A stretch of DNA of 64,000 bases from Octopus vulgaris (Eukaryota): positions 496,001 to 560,000 of the forward strand of contig OX597834.1 in NCBI GenBank assembly GCA_951406725.2, written 5' to 3'. Below are positions 13,630 to 26,799 of the stretch, one piece after another (position 1 is the stretch's first letter; every line of letters begins with the position of its first letter). The position numbers and the translations under genes were made by a program. The notes under the pieces were generated by a model that made no database searches, was not told where the DNA came from, and was given only the letters and a program-made list of their open reading frames with translations.

Positions 13630-14345
13630 GCATCTCCTCTAGGTATGTGGACAACATCCTAATGTTTACTTCCTCGCAGGAGGAAGCCATCGTCATGAAA
13701 GCAGCCGGTAGGAACCTGTATGTGCGCTACGAGTTCGGTCCTGCCGACCAGAGCCTAATTACACGTATAAGCAACAGATAAAAGTGAGGCAGCTGACGAA
13801 GCTGCCAATTCCAAATGGTTCCACAAGATCTTACTAAACAACGGCTCTCCCCCTATCCTTCGCCAAACAACATCATAGAAGCGATGTTAAAGTTAATAAA
13901 CGTTACAAGAAGGCTCATCCTCCCATAATTGGCTCGAGCTTCTCAAAACTACCCTAATTCGATGAGAGAGCCACTGCTGCAACCCATCTTTACACAGAAG
14001 GACTTAACATACAGATGATTCACTTCAGTCCATCCCTGATGAAATTCCAATCCAAAAATCGTACGACAAACAACATCGCGGAGTACTCACTGTCCTAGTG
14101 CCCCATCAAAAACTTTAAAATGTGCTCTTGGGCATATATGGTATATGAGGTAGTCTGCAGCAAATATGGTTCATCCTATATTGGGAACATCATAAGGAAA
14201 CATCACATCCACACCAAAGAAAATTTGTGCGCGAACACTGCAGCCCATAAACACTTGCATAAGTGCCAGTCCCAGGGCTTTATTGTATCCATCGGGGCGT
14301 AACACTGGCAATGTTCGAATAAAGGAGGCTATCCTATGTGTGGAC
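13630..14345 (+). pseudogene. Decayed Penelope-like element (RT C-terminal part plus GIY-YIG endonuclease)
   Basis: RYVDNILMF (RYVDD-like, ~13642), KILLNNGSP (L..NGYP-like), CPIKNFKMCSWAYMVYEVVCSKYGSSYIGNIIRKHHIHTKE (VY..C..YIG..R..KEH-like) and RIKEAIL, in the order expected for PLEs, with stops and frameshifts. Confidence 0.75.
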
Positions 14346-14689
14346 AATTCTATGCTTGATTTACTTTTCCCATTTAACATGAGACAAAAAGAGATTCTCC
14401 ACTGTGCCGTACGACATACTAGAAATAAGAATCAAGCCTTCCTCAAATCTCAGCCCTACACCTGTAAAGATTGGGAGAAGTCATGAACCATTACAGTCTC
14501 AGGTATACCATTAAATGAAAGGATAATCATTACTGGAACACCTTCGATTATTGGTTTGTTGAATCAAGCCGAATCTAAACTTAAAAAATGACCACCAGTG
14601 TCTATGACCTTTATAGGCCATCTTAGATCAGTGTGAGCAATATTATTAATGTTCGTCTTAAACCTTTGAACGTCACCGGTGGAACTGGC

Positions 14690-14745
<56 letters not shown>

Positions 14746-15181
14746 CAGTTTGTTAGATGACATCGTTGTTGGTGGCTGTTTCCATTATTACATTAGAGAT
14801 ATCGGGAGTGAGTGCAATAGGATTGCGATTGTTCAGAGAAGTTGTCTTTCTTGGAGAAGGGGCTCTTTACCATTCTCCAGTATCAAAACTGAAGTATTTT
14901 ACGTCTTGAGGCTACAAATTTTTCATTTTATTTCGTCTCACTTATTTTGGCCGAGATTAAAATAAAATTCATAGAAATATCAAATTGACAATTAAAGCCA
15001 AAATACGATGAGGCAATAACAAGGAATTTATTTGTATTGAGTTTCACGTAACCAATCGCGACAGCAAACCTTACAAGAGCATAAAATTATTATTTACTAT
15101 ATTTAACACATACACCTGCAATTTACATAAACACACACGGACACATCTCTCTCTCTCTCTCTCTCTCCCTCTCTATTTCAT

Positions 15182-15219
<38 letters not shown>

Positions 15220-15581
15220 TATATATATACACGCATGTATGTAAGCACATACAAAGGTTTGCATTTTCAATCAATGTCTTCTTGGTGAATGACCGGCCGC
15301 GACATAATTTTAGTTTTACTCGGTTTCCATTCGTCTCCTTCTCACCATGTCACATCTCTCTCTCTCTCTCTAAATATTTGTCTTCTCTCTCTCTCTTCGA
15401 CATCAAAGAGTTTATGGAGAAGAAGCCAGCCATTAATGCTAGAGTATGGTTCCTTAGCAACGATGACGTGATTCGCTTCCTCCTCACACATCCCATTCTA
15501 TTTACAATCACATGGCTCTAAACTAAACATTGCTATTGGAAATTACGGTTTGTTAAGTATATTAATATAATACACACTTCT

Positions 15582-15622
<41 letters not shown>

Positions 15623-15928
15623 CGAATTGGCTGAGTAAGAACGTAGGACAAATTGCGTCGCGATATTTGTTCCAGTTCTTTATATTGTGAATTCTGAGGT
15701 GGCAGACTTGATCCATCTTCCGAGAGAACATCATTGTTCCTGGGTACCTTAACCCGATTTCTCTATCTTGCCAGCATTTGAGTCGGGTCTCTACCTTAAA
15801 GACACCTTCCTACCTTCGTCACCCCGTCTCGAGCTTACAGGAAATAATGAAAAATTACGGGCAGTACGCGCGCACACACGGACGCTCGCGTATACTAATA
15901 ATATATATCATGGTGGATTCTTAGTATC

Positions 15929-16087
15929 CACTAACGTAGCTGGGGTGGGACAGTCTAATTCTGGGCGGCACTTTTGAAGGGGTGGCACTTTTGGGTCTGC
16001 TGTAGGCAATATGAGTTTTTTTGTGGGGTCTAAGGGCAGCAAACAGAAGGGCCTCCCCGGGCGGTACACACTCTAGCTACGCTAGGG
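15929..16087 (-). mobile_element. hAT-type MITE, degenerate copy
   Basis: Ends CACTAACGTAGCT...AGCTACGCTAGGG; flanks TTAGTATC/TTGGTATG (6/8 TSD); homologous in opposite orientation to 16290-16464. Confidence 0.6.
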
Positions 16088-16289
16088 TTGGTATGTAAAC
16101 CCGAGCATACAATGTTTAAAATGAAAACCATTTGTTGGAATCGGGTGCATCCAGCCTGGAGGTGTCCTGTTTCAAACTGAAAGATTTAAATTCAAATTAG
16201 AGCTCTCCTGGTCTCCATTAACAACACTCAAAAGTCCTTTTGCCATCCATCCCTCCATCTATGGATCCTTCACCAAACTTTACACAGTC

Positions 16290-16464
16290 CAGTGCCGTAG
16301 CTAAAGTGTGTGCTGTCCGGGGCAGCCCTTGAAATTGTCACCACCAACCCCGAGTCCGCACAACCTATACAAACTTATTCAACAGAACCAAAAAGTATCG
16401 TCCCCAAACAAGCATCGCCTGGGGACTCCTGCCCCTCACCTGTTCTCCGCAAACTACGCTACTG
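16290..16464 (+). mobile_element. hAT-type MITE
   Basis: TIRs CAGTGCCGTAG...CTACGCTACTG; 8-bp TSD ACACAGTC/ATACAGTC (7/8). Confidence 0.75.
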
Positions 16465-16568
16465 ATACAGTCCTTCTTCCCCGTTATATTACCTCTCTGG
16501 AATTATCTTCACCAATTACTGGCACACAACTCTTCTCTGTTGCTGATAGTTATATATATATATATATA

Positions 16569-16830
16569 TAATATAAGGGATATTAGCCAACCGAATATGG
16601 CTAGGGACAGGGCAGGGTGGTGGGGGTGTCACTGTTGCATTTAGCCCCAGGCGAACATCAACGTCACCAGATAGGCCGACGCCATCACGGCGTCCTCTAT
16701 CTTGCAAAGGGAGATCACTCACCAAGAAGCCGATACCACACACGGACCTAGGTTTCAAGGTGTGTTGCCTATTATCAACGTGTGGTAGGCATCGCTTCTC
16801 GATGAACGACCAACTTTGCAAGATACATAT
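16569..16830 (-). mobile_element. Hammerhead-bearing non-coding retroelement (retrozyme/pLTR-like), copy 1
   Basis: Imperfect long hairpin 16698-16825 (TATCTTGCAAAG...CTTTGCAAGATA) capped by a hammerhead fold. Same architecture and flanking motifs as 29306-29560. Confidence 0.7.
16739..16784 (-). ncRNA. Minimal type I hammerhead ribozyme, U3-A8 core variant, weak helix II
   Basis: Minus strand: CACACG-TTGATAA-TAGGC AACAC ACCTT-GAA-ACCTAGGT-C-CGTGTG. Confidence 0.6.
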
Positions 16831-16923
16831 AAGGATTTTCTAGTAAATACATTTACTGATTTCGAAAATCCGTTCGACAGCAATAATAATTCTCTAAATG
16901 AGTTATAGACAGTGACTGCTCCG

Positions 16924-17122
16924 AACACACCTTGAAACCTAGGTCCGTGTGTGGTATGGGCTTCTTGGTGAGTGATCTCCCTTTGCAAGATAAAGGACGT
17001 CGTGATGGCGTCAGGCCTATCTGGTGACGTTGATGTTCGCCTGGGGCTAAATGCAACAGTGACACCCCCACCACCCTGCCCTGTCCCTAGCCATATTCAG
17101 TTGGCTAATATCCCTTATATTA
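16924..17122 (+). repeat. Inverted duplicate of 16569-16766 (truncated in hammerhead loop II)
   Basis: About 198 bp near-identical reverse complement. In addition, 16879-16923 is inverted at 17123-17167. Confidence 0.95.
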
Positions 17123-17165
17123 CGGAGCAGTCACTGTCTATAACTCATTTAGAGAATTATTATTG

Positions 17166-17239
<74 letters not shown>

Positions 17240-17398
17240 GAGGAAGATATAATATACATGCGCGTGTGTATGAAAATGAAATGAAATTAAATACAGTAAA
17301 GGCGCAAGTTATGGTTTTGATATTTATTTCTGCATTGAATTATGTTGTTGACAAACAACAGTTCCACCTGATGCGTGTTTAGAAAAGTTTGCTCCGAA

Positions 17399-17463
<65 letters not shown>

Positions 17464-18235
17464 GATATATAATGTATATGATTGTGTGCATGCAATTATG
17501 TGTTCGCGTATGTGTGTGCGTTACTAAAAATGCTATGCCTGGAAAACATTTTAACCAGACAGAATTTGTTCTTCGGTTATTAATTCCGATATATTTTTAT
17601 GTCTGCTGAGAAATTTTCTACGTTTCTATAACATTTTAGTTTTAATATTTCACCTCGAAATTCTGAAATTTATCGACAAAACTAAATCTAAACATTTACG
17701 AAAAATGCAAAACAAAATTGAATATGTTTATCGATAAATTTAACGAAGCAAATGAATTAAAGTGATGCTTTTCAAATGCTGATCTTTCTGTACAGATGGC
17801 ACTAAAATGTCACCTGAATTGCCATTGACAAGCGAACTCTGATGCCAAGATGTGCTGTCCTTTCATTTAGGATATCTGTTTAAATGTTATATCAGCATAT
17901 GTTTATTTCCCAACAAAATTATTATCTGTGGATCTTTACAAGTTAAAGACGACCTAAACAAGACCAACTGGAACCATTGCTTTCATCTTCTTTTACTTTG
18001 CTCTCGTTCGTGTCTTCTAATATATATATGCAATGGCACACTTACTGCTTGTTACTCTATTAAGTGGGCAGGGAACATGCATAAAACATTCAAAGCTGAT
18101 CAAGTGCAGCGTGTATTGACTCGCTGCTCAGAAACTCGGAGTACTAAATGTTCGTGTTCCGTATCTGTGTCATTTAATAAATTTTATCATTTCCAATGAT
18201 ATTGAGGTTTACTTCGTTTGTTCTTACACTCGTAG

Positions 18236-18266
<31 letters not shown>

Positions 18267-18719
18267 ATATCTATATATATAGATATAGATATATATATCG
18301 TGTGTGTACAGTTAGATGTACGTCTACTACTGCAGGTACGAGTGCTACACTTCGATTTCACCGAGGAACATCGTGTTGCTTTCATATTTGCACTTATTCT
18401 TGCCTAATTTGGATTTGCTGAATTTACATCTGAAGTCAGGTTTTCTCTATCGGTTACAAATATTTTTTATAATTCAAAATTTTTATACTTTACGAAATTT
18501 CTACATCTTTGCATAAATCCATGTTCTACCTTAGGGCTATCTTAAATTTGGGCTTCAAATAACCATTTAAGCCCTTTTTATCCTAAAAGAGTTATTTATT
18601 CTTAACAAAATTCATCACAACACATACTAATGTCTGAAATAAAGTCAAGAAACGTCCAACGAAATAAAAAAAATTTTGAATTGTGAGAAGAAATTTTGTT
18701 TGTAGCTCTTGCATTTGTC

Positions 18720-19125
18720 GTCTTTCCATGTCTCTTCTGATTGGAGCTGAGGCGCTGCATACGCCTGACGCCTGATGGTTTGGATGTTGCTTGCTGTTCT
18801 GGAGCATCGGTTGTGTTACTTGGTCCGGTCAGCTCGAGGTCGTGGGGGCTAGTGTTCAGCCCATCAGGTCGGACTTGAGGTTGTCTTTATACTCTTTCCA
18901 TGGACGATTTTGGGCACGGCTGTCCCTCTTCAGTTCTCCGTAGAATAACCGTAGCAGTATCCTGAATTAATCCACGCGGATTACATGGCCGGGTCATCGA
19001 AGCTGAGCCTTTAAGATCTCGACCTCAATGCTTGCAGATGTAGTCCCGCCACCGGATTCGCAAAATTGATCGTAGAAGACGGTTGTGAAACTGTTCAAGC
19101 TATCTGGTATGTCTTCCCGACATGC
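18720..19125 (-). pseudogene. Decayed RTE-clade LINE ORF fragment
   Basis: Minus strand gives LEQFHNRLLRSILRIRW...SIEVEILKAQLR*PGHVIRVD*FRILLRLFYGELKRDSRAQNRPWKEYKDNLKSDL, the characteristic RTE post-RT region. Confidence 0.8.
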
Positions 19126-19284
19126 AGCCGTATCTGTGCGTCTGAATTCTCACCTGGTGGGATTTGAACTCACATCTTTATGGCAAGTAACTAAATATGA
19201 CAAAGTATTTGGTTCAATAATCTACCAATTTAACCATTTAATATTTATAGAAGCGTCATAGAGGTAGGTAGATTTTTCTAATCA

Positions 19285-19600
19285 AATGTAGTAGTAGTTG
19301 TAGGTTATTTAGCCCTCGGTTCAAAAATGAATCAGCCGTGACCATTCCGTCTTTTATTCAAACACAGTGTATCTAAGACCACATTATCTAACGTGATCTT
19401 TCTTTTTGTTGTTTAGCCCTAGGTCAGTCCTAATCCAGCAAAATTTGCTAAAAGATGTTCCGGTTGTGACCATCCCCTCTTTTATGCTCAGAGTGTGTTT
19501 AATACTACATTATCTAACGTGAGCACTTTTAAGATATCAGCAGGATTTGAAGGTTTAATTGCTACTTCTAGCACATCAATCAACCATGTAGAGGCTCCCT
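19285..19600. repeat. Old dispersed repeat family E (two tandem partial copies)
   Basis: Motif TTGTTTAGCCC(T/C)AGGTCAG...TTCC(A/G)G..GTGACCAT.CC.TCTTTT...ACATTATCTAA recurs at ~7510-7690, 11410-11560(-), 25225-25410, 32990-33165(-), 39750-39890, 50990-51150(-) and 57550-57700(-). Confidence 0.55.
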
Positions 19601-19611
19601 TTCTACATTTC

Positions 19612-19960
19612 AGTGAATGATCAGATTGGAGGCGTTGAGAGGCATACCGCGCGAACTAAGACCTAGGAGAACTATGTTGGTATATGCGGATGACATCGCC
19701 GTCTTAGTGTCGAACAATAGGCATATAGACCTGATCGGTATTGCTCTAAAAGAATACAAGACGGTGACAGGAGGAAAAAATGACCAAGAAAAGTCTGTGG
19801 GCCTGCTGCTTGGTGCCTGGAGAGGCTGGTCAGGCCATCCAATAACGTCGTCGGATACTAGAGAGAGGGACTGGTTAAATTGTTCGGGATCTGGTTTAGT
19901 CGGCATCTCCAGGTGGGGAAGAACTGGGACGAGATGGCGAGCAGGGTGGCCAATATCTTT
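19612..19960 (+). pseudogene. Tx1/L1-like RT fragment
   Basis: RLEALRGIPRELRPRRTMLVYADDIAVLVS...KEYKTVTGGKNDQEKSVGLLLGAWR aligns by eye with the element at 35310-37440. Confidence 0.85.
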
Positions 19961-19983
19961 CTGTCTCTCTTTGCCTCCGTCCG

Positions 19984-20014
<31 letters not shown>

Positions 20015-21339
20015 TTGTATTTCACCTGCCATACCGTAAAGAAATCACTCATCACCTCACATCCGACAAATAAAAGATCAGCGGAGGGCAAGGAATTGGC
20101 GTCAGACGCAATAACATGTAGCATCTGTTCCTGTTGTCTGTGTTCTGAGTTCTAATCCAATGCAAACCTGCATTACTGTGAACAGAGAGCCAAAAAAACA
20201 CAAAAGAGTTTATCTCTCTATTGCGCAGGGACAACCTAACGCCCCAAACTGCACAAAAGACGATGATGAAGAGGAGAAGAATGACAACGATGATGACGAC
20301 GACGATGATGACGATAATTACAAATGAAAAGAGAAAGAGCAGAAACGGAATCAAAGGGATTAATGGTTTCAAGAAAGAGTATTAGCGGAGCGTTGCTGTT
20401 TGGAAGAAGTGGTTACAGCTGTCCCCGGTCTGTGGTTGTGGTTGTATGATTGATGGAGGGAAAACACACACACACTACGACGTGGGACAAAACAACCTGA
20501 TTACATTTATTACTTGACACTGATGGAGAGTGTTGCACTGTGGGAAATCAGTGAAATCCCAAGTCAACAGTAGATGATGGCAATGTCCCTCAGTGCAACA
20601 TAAATGCATAAACATGGCGCCTGCGGCCCCTGATAGCAATGAGGTTAAACAAAATGGCGCAGTGTTCGTGATTTTCTAAAATTACATCGAAGTGAAAGAC
20701 TTGAAACTAAGGAATGGAAACCGTTTAAAAAGTTTTGATTATTTCGTGCTTAAGTTACTTCTTTCTTTCACCATACTATTAATATTCTATGTAACAGAAT
20801 ATACTTATAAGATCTGCCCTGGCTTCGAACTTTGTGTGTATTATTTTATGTTGCTATTTACTTCTCCCTGCAAAGCGGCGCTGACACGCTGAACACATGT
20901 CAGCCTGACAAGGGTATAATGTCCTGCATTAGTGACGGCGATTGTAGCTTTTGGTTTCGTTTTAAAGATGACCGCTTCATCATTTAGCTTAGAGAGAGGC
21001 ATTGATTAGTACAATGGTAGTCAAGAAACTAAAGCTTACCAACCGATTGCCATAGCAACCTCGATAATGACTCGCCGTTGAGGATCTTGTCTGCAGTACA
21101 TTAGTTTTCTTTAGTAAACGTATATACATACATACGTGTGTGTGTGTGTGTGTGTGTGTAATCGCGCGCGCGTGGTGGAATATTGACTTTCTGACTTGCC
21201 ATCTAATGCAGCTAACAAAACACATGGCCACGGAGAAAGGCAGAAAAGCCAGACAACATGAGCTGCAAAAAACGGCATACATAGACAAAACTGATATGTA
21301 AAACAGATACATACGCGAACACACACAGACAACATATGC

Positions 21340-21381
<42 letters not shown>

Positions 21382-24300
21382 GCATGCATAAATATATAGT
21401 AATCTCTCGCTATGCATATATATCATAAGTGGCGGTGGACGGCTGTCGTTCGATGATGAGGATTCAGTTTCTGGTTCAAGAGAGTTTTTCGCCCCTGAAC
21501 TAACGTATGTCTTTGCATTTCGCAGACATGTGAACCATTTAAGCAGGGACATCTTAGCAGCATTAAAGGCCTCCGGATAAATCAATGCATTGGGCCCTAT
21601 ATTATTCATTTATTGACAGAAATCTGCAGCATACGTAGATCAGAACCGGGTCCCAACACCCATGAGGTTCCGGGCAAGTCCCCAGTGTGGCCATACTCAA
21701 AGACAGCGCTGCCTTTGAGTAATTCTCAGATAGAATCAATGTGACACAGGGTATGAAAATGCCGCATCATTTGAAATAATGTACTATCCACCCGGCGCGC
21801 TTTCTACACAACTTACGTCAACACAATTTTACTCATAGACTATGGGAAATGGCATTTACTTAAGTTGTGATGCTGTAGATCGAACCCGGGAACTTGCAGC
21901 TATTATGCGCATACACGCTATATACACTACATACACACACGCACGCGCATACACTAATCTATACGTATAAACACAAACAGAAATATACACCACTCCCCCA
22001 CCATTTCCACAGAAGGTCATTACCACCCTTACAAATTCCCTTGACTAAATTCCGCTCCAAAAATTCTGATCGATCGTTGGTTATACTACAAGACGCTTTG
22101 CCCAAAGTGCTGTGCATTGGGATCGAACCGAAAAGCAAGTAATTACAAAACGAATTTCGTATCCATACAGCTATCAGTGGAAATGGCATGCTAGCCTTAA
22201 TGAAATTATATTTCAGCTGGCTACCATCTTCTTTCAGAGTAGGAAATTAATTCTAACCAGATAATGGTATTGAAATTCTACAGCTAGAATTGTCTTCACC
22301 ATTTTCTTTGCGTTTATGTAAAAAGGAAATGGTTACCGCAATTCCAGTGGGCGGACGAGATGTTGACGACTGAAAATGTTATTGAGATAGGATTTCTGAG
22401 GGTTTCAAAGTATTTCTTGAAAGAAAATACAATTTAAATTAAACCAGAATCATTCGTCGTCGCTATTTCTTAGTAAAACCTTGTCTGATTACGTAAAAGT
22501 AAAAACATCAGAAATTCAGTAGGCGGATGAAATTCTGACTGCAGAAGATGTTGTTGTGATATGAGGATTCAGGAAGCATTATTGGCTTAAAAAGAAGATA
22601 TTTGCATAACGATGACGTCACGACCGCCTCGTCTGTAGGCATTTTACTCCAATTGTTTGCCTAATACATTAAACACGGTTATTTATAAAACTCTTTTAAA
22701 TTTACTGCTTCATTTAGTTCACTGTAATGAAAACATAGTGACGTTTCATTGTGTCTCTAACGGAGTTGATCCGAGACATAACCATATCTACTTCGAAAAA
22801 GGCTCTCAAAGAGTCTACCAATAGAAAAAAACGAATGACGTTTACGTGGTTTAATGTCCAGGACGATGTCTTGCAGATTAGAGAACTAAAGAGTCACGTA
22901 TTCACCGAAGAGAGGTGACGAGAACGTCTTATGTTTGTAAAATTCTGTTTTTGGCGTAGATGCAGCTATGGTGAACGTACATGTTCTAGCTAGGTTTTCG
23001 ACGAAAACAAAATAACACTTTTTATTATAGGTTTCCGAGAACAAGATATCGCAGAAGGAATTACTTCTGAAATAGTTCTGAAACGATCAGAATCAGGACA
23101 TATTTCCCACCAAAGTTAGAATATTAGCAATGGCTTAAATAATTAATTGGTTTAAACAATCAGGGAACGATGGTAGGCGAGGCGGCGGCAGTGATGGTGG
23201 TGTACCTATTAAGTGACGATTTGAAAGTTTAAGAGATGAGGTTACATTAGAGATTGTGTGTTTGTGTGTGTGTGTGTTTCATTATAATAATTTGAGAGTT
23301 GTAAATCGTTTTTAAAATACATTTCACGTAGTTATGAACGCCATCTAACATAGAATCCAAATACGATGGGTAGAGTAGATAGATATGTTTAGTACATCAA
23401 AAGTTGGGCGTTTACTTAGAGTTGCGGTCTAGAGTAGGTTGCTCAGTCGTAAACAGCCCAGCCTGGGGCAAAATTCAGAGTGGACTATCGACTTTTAATA
23501 TTATTACAACACGTTACATACATATCTCTCTGTCTGTCTGTTTGCTCTATCTATAGATGCATACATACGTTCACACACACGCACACACACACACATACAC
23601 ACACACACATACACACATACAGACATACACACACACACATACACACAACGTAGTAAACTCTAATAAACGTATCCAAGGACCAGATAATGGTGTTAATGAG
23701 CAGCAACACAGTAGATTCTATCAGAGTTGCTTAAGGACCAGGTGTTCGAGAGTGGGGTGGTGAAGGGAGTAAGCATCATCAGACAGCATCCTGGCTCAAA
23801 TACTTGCAAAAGAGCGGATCCTGCTGCTAAAGGTACCCAAGGGACATGTGCTGATGTTAAACCAATCAACGAATTAAGTGTAACGCTGCAATCAGAAAAT
23901 AGCCGATGGACTTCCACACAGTCTCCATCTACTCAGTTTTATTCGCAAGGCATTACTCAATCCAAATCTGTGGTAAAAGACACTTTCTCAAGGTGCTGTA
24001 CAGCGGGAACGAACTCGAAACCAAAGTTATAAAGTCAACTTCTTACCCATACAACCATGCTTACGTATAAGCATGAACCTGTTATGGAATGAATACCTCC
24101 ATCTCCGTCATGATGTGTTTCTCTCCCAGCAGATATGGGGGAAAACCTGGTGAGGATCGAACTAGCTTATCTCAGCAATAAATAGAAAAAGTTTTTAAAA
24201 AACTGCTACAGTAACATAGAAATGTCGGAAAGAGTAATTATTGAATTTAAGAGAAAGACAGAAATAGAGAAATGTTTTTCTTTGTTCCAAAGACAAGAAT

Positions 24301-26758
24301 ATTTGCAGAAATAAAGAAGTAAAACATTCACAAAATATAGATTTTTAGTTTTGTAATCTGAGTTTTGGGAGGAGATTTGCTAATGAATCCAGAAGAAAAT
24401 AGGATTACTGTCATTCTAAGAAATATTCCACTCAATATTTGGCAGTTATCAATTTTCTTTTTCTCCGAGAAACGTTTATTTTAGAATAAAATTCCACAAA
24501 TAAAAGAGAAAAAGATGTTATTTTGGATTTTGTACTAAAAATATCGTCAAATATTTATTTTTACATATTTTAATTTTAGATCGCTGTAATAGATATTAGA
24601 TATGTCTAACATTAACAAAAAGAATAACGGTTAAGGATGAATAAAAACCTTGAATAATGAGTGAACAGGATTAATTAACCGATAAGTGGATTTACTTCCG
24701 ATTTTTGATTTTGTTTATTTTTTTTCTTTTCAAATCTATGTAATGAAAAATTGTATGGGGAATATTCAACTACAGCTGTGTGGTTAAGAAGTCTCTTTGC
24801 AGCTATATCTTTCAGAGTTCGAATTCACTGCACGGTACCTTGGGCAAATGTATTTTACAATAACCTTCTGGTCGTATAACTGAAATTTAGTTGACAGAAA
24901 CTGTGCCAAAGCCAGTTGGATTGACGGTTTCGGTCTGTCAGTGAAGTAGTCGAAGTCCAGAATGTGAAGAATGAGAAAGTGAATGGCGCAAGGCACCTGA
25001 TCCACAATGCTACCAATCCATCACCCTGGATGAAAGCAGAGTTGACCTCAAACTGTACCTGTAATTCAATCGGGACCAACCATGTCACACTTTTTTGAGC
25101 CGAGAACCAGATTAAAGTCTATAAATACCGACGGAATACTCATCCACTTACAACTTCTTTTAATGAATCTTTTGTTCAATTGACAGAAAACCCCAAATGT
25201 TGCTCGTCGAAACCGACAGATTGTCTATTATTTAACCCTGGGCATACCATGGTCTCGAGGTACGATAATCTAAGGTGCTCCATCTACGAAGTACCTCGCC
25301 TTATTTCGGACAGTATGTTTAGGACTACATCCCCCCATATGTCCTTCTTGTTTAAAACAGTCGGGCGTGATTTGAGGTAGATTTGATTGCTATTTCTGGT
25401 AGACCGAGTGACTCGGTGATCTCCCTTGTTCGTTCGTAGTATATTCAATGATCTTTGATGGTCTGCAAGAACGGTCATCTTTGGTGAGGCACACTGCCAT
25501 AGACTGTCGACTGTTGTCATGCCCAAAATTCAGAAAGAAATCGAAACTTTTCTTTCTGGTTGTTTAACGAAGAGTGTCATGGAGAGAGCAAGTCATGCGA
25601 ACATTGCAACATGGTCCACAGAGCAAGTTATCACCGTTAAGTTCATTAAACCGGCCATGCAGATCAGTTAATTCTAGGAATAAAAAACATTTTTGATATA
25701 AGTTCATTTGTTATCCTTGTCAACCGAGAATGTCATCCCGTGGTTTATTTAGGCAACGATAAATAAATTTCTTCAGTGAAAGAGCAGGTAATGTGAATGG
25801 GTCGAAAGTATTTTCGCCCTCAAAAGACAATGCACACTATCCAATTCGAGTATTATTAAAAGGGATGGTAAACAATTAACGAGAGTCTCTCTTTGACATA
25901 CATAAAGACATCAACAACCCGGTTTCTAGTGGAGATGGCGCAGAGACGGATACGTCAGACGCAGAGGGTGCTGCGGCTATTAAAGGACATTTTAACGCAG
26001 TAAAAAGAAAATCTTTCTAATGTCAGCAAAAGTATAAGACTCTTCTACCAAAACAGTTTTCTTAAGTTTATTTAGCTTTAAACATGATGAAATTTATTTG
26101 TATCAACGAGTTTAAATTAAGTTTGCTCGTCCCAACCGACACTTTGTTAAGCTTTTGTTTTTTCAAGGTGCTGCTCTAACATGGCCACAGAAGCTGAAAC
26201 TAATAAATAAGGATAAACACAGACTCCCTTCACATTATTATTTCCCCCAAATTATCGACCCTCGGGTTTAATATATTTCTTCAGTCACCATTCTTTTCTG
26301 ACCAGTAAAACTCATCTTTCACAGAAACATTGTCTTCTTTTCTGGTTCTGTAGAATAACTAACGAGCAACTAAGGAAATCAATCATACAGCGACGTCTCA
26401 GACCTTCTTATTGTGAGATTTTTAAAAATCTTCAGAACCGTGGAAAGATTTCGTCTCATCACCTTCTGTATTTGTTTTGTAAGTAGTTAACCTACAGCAG
26501 CCGTTCTGAAATCGGGACGGAATTCTTCCAGTTACAAAACCAGAAGTGACCCGAAGTTTATATTCCATTTCACTTGGAATCTTTGACTTTACAAAACCCA
26601 AGATTTTATAACTTAACGCTTCAAGTGGTTAAGTCACTCCAAACGCCACCGAAAAACAACCGCTTCAGAAACCTCTGCGAAGGTAAAACGCCTGGATTTT
26701 CGTGACAAAGCAGTTTCCAATTCAAACACACACACACACACACATTTATAGACAATAT

Positions 26759-26799
<41 letters not shown>

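Noticed and set aside
20989-21609. 206-aa minus-strand ORF
   Set aside because: Spans (TA)n and (TG)n tracts; no domain signature.
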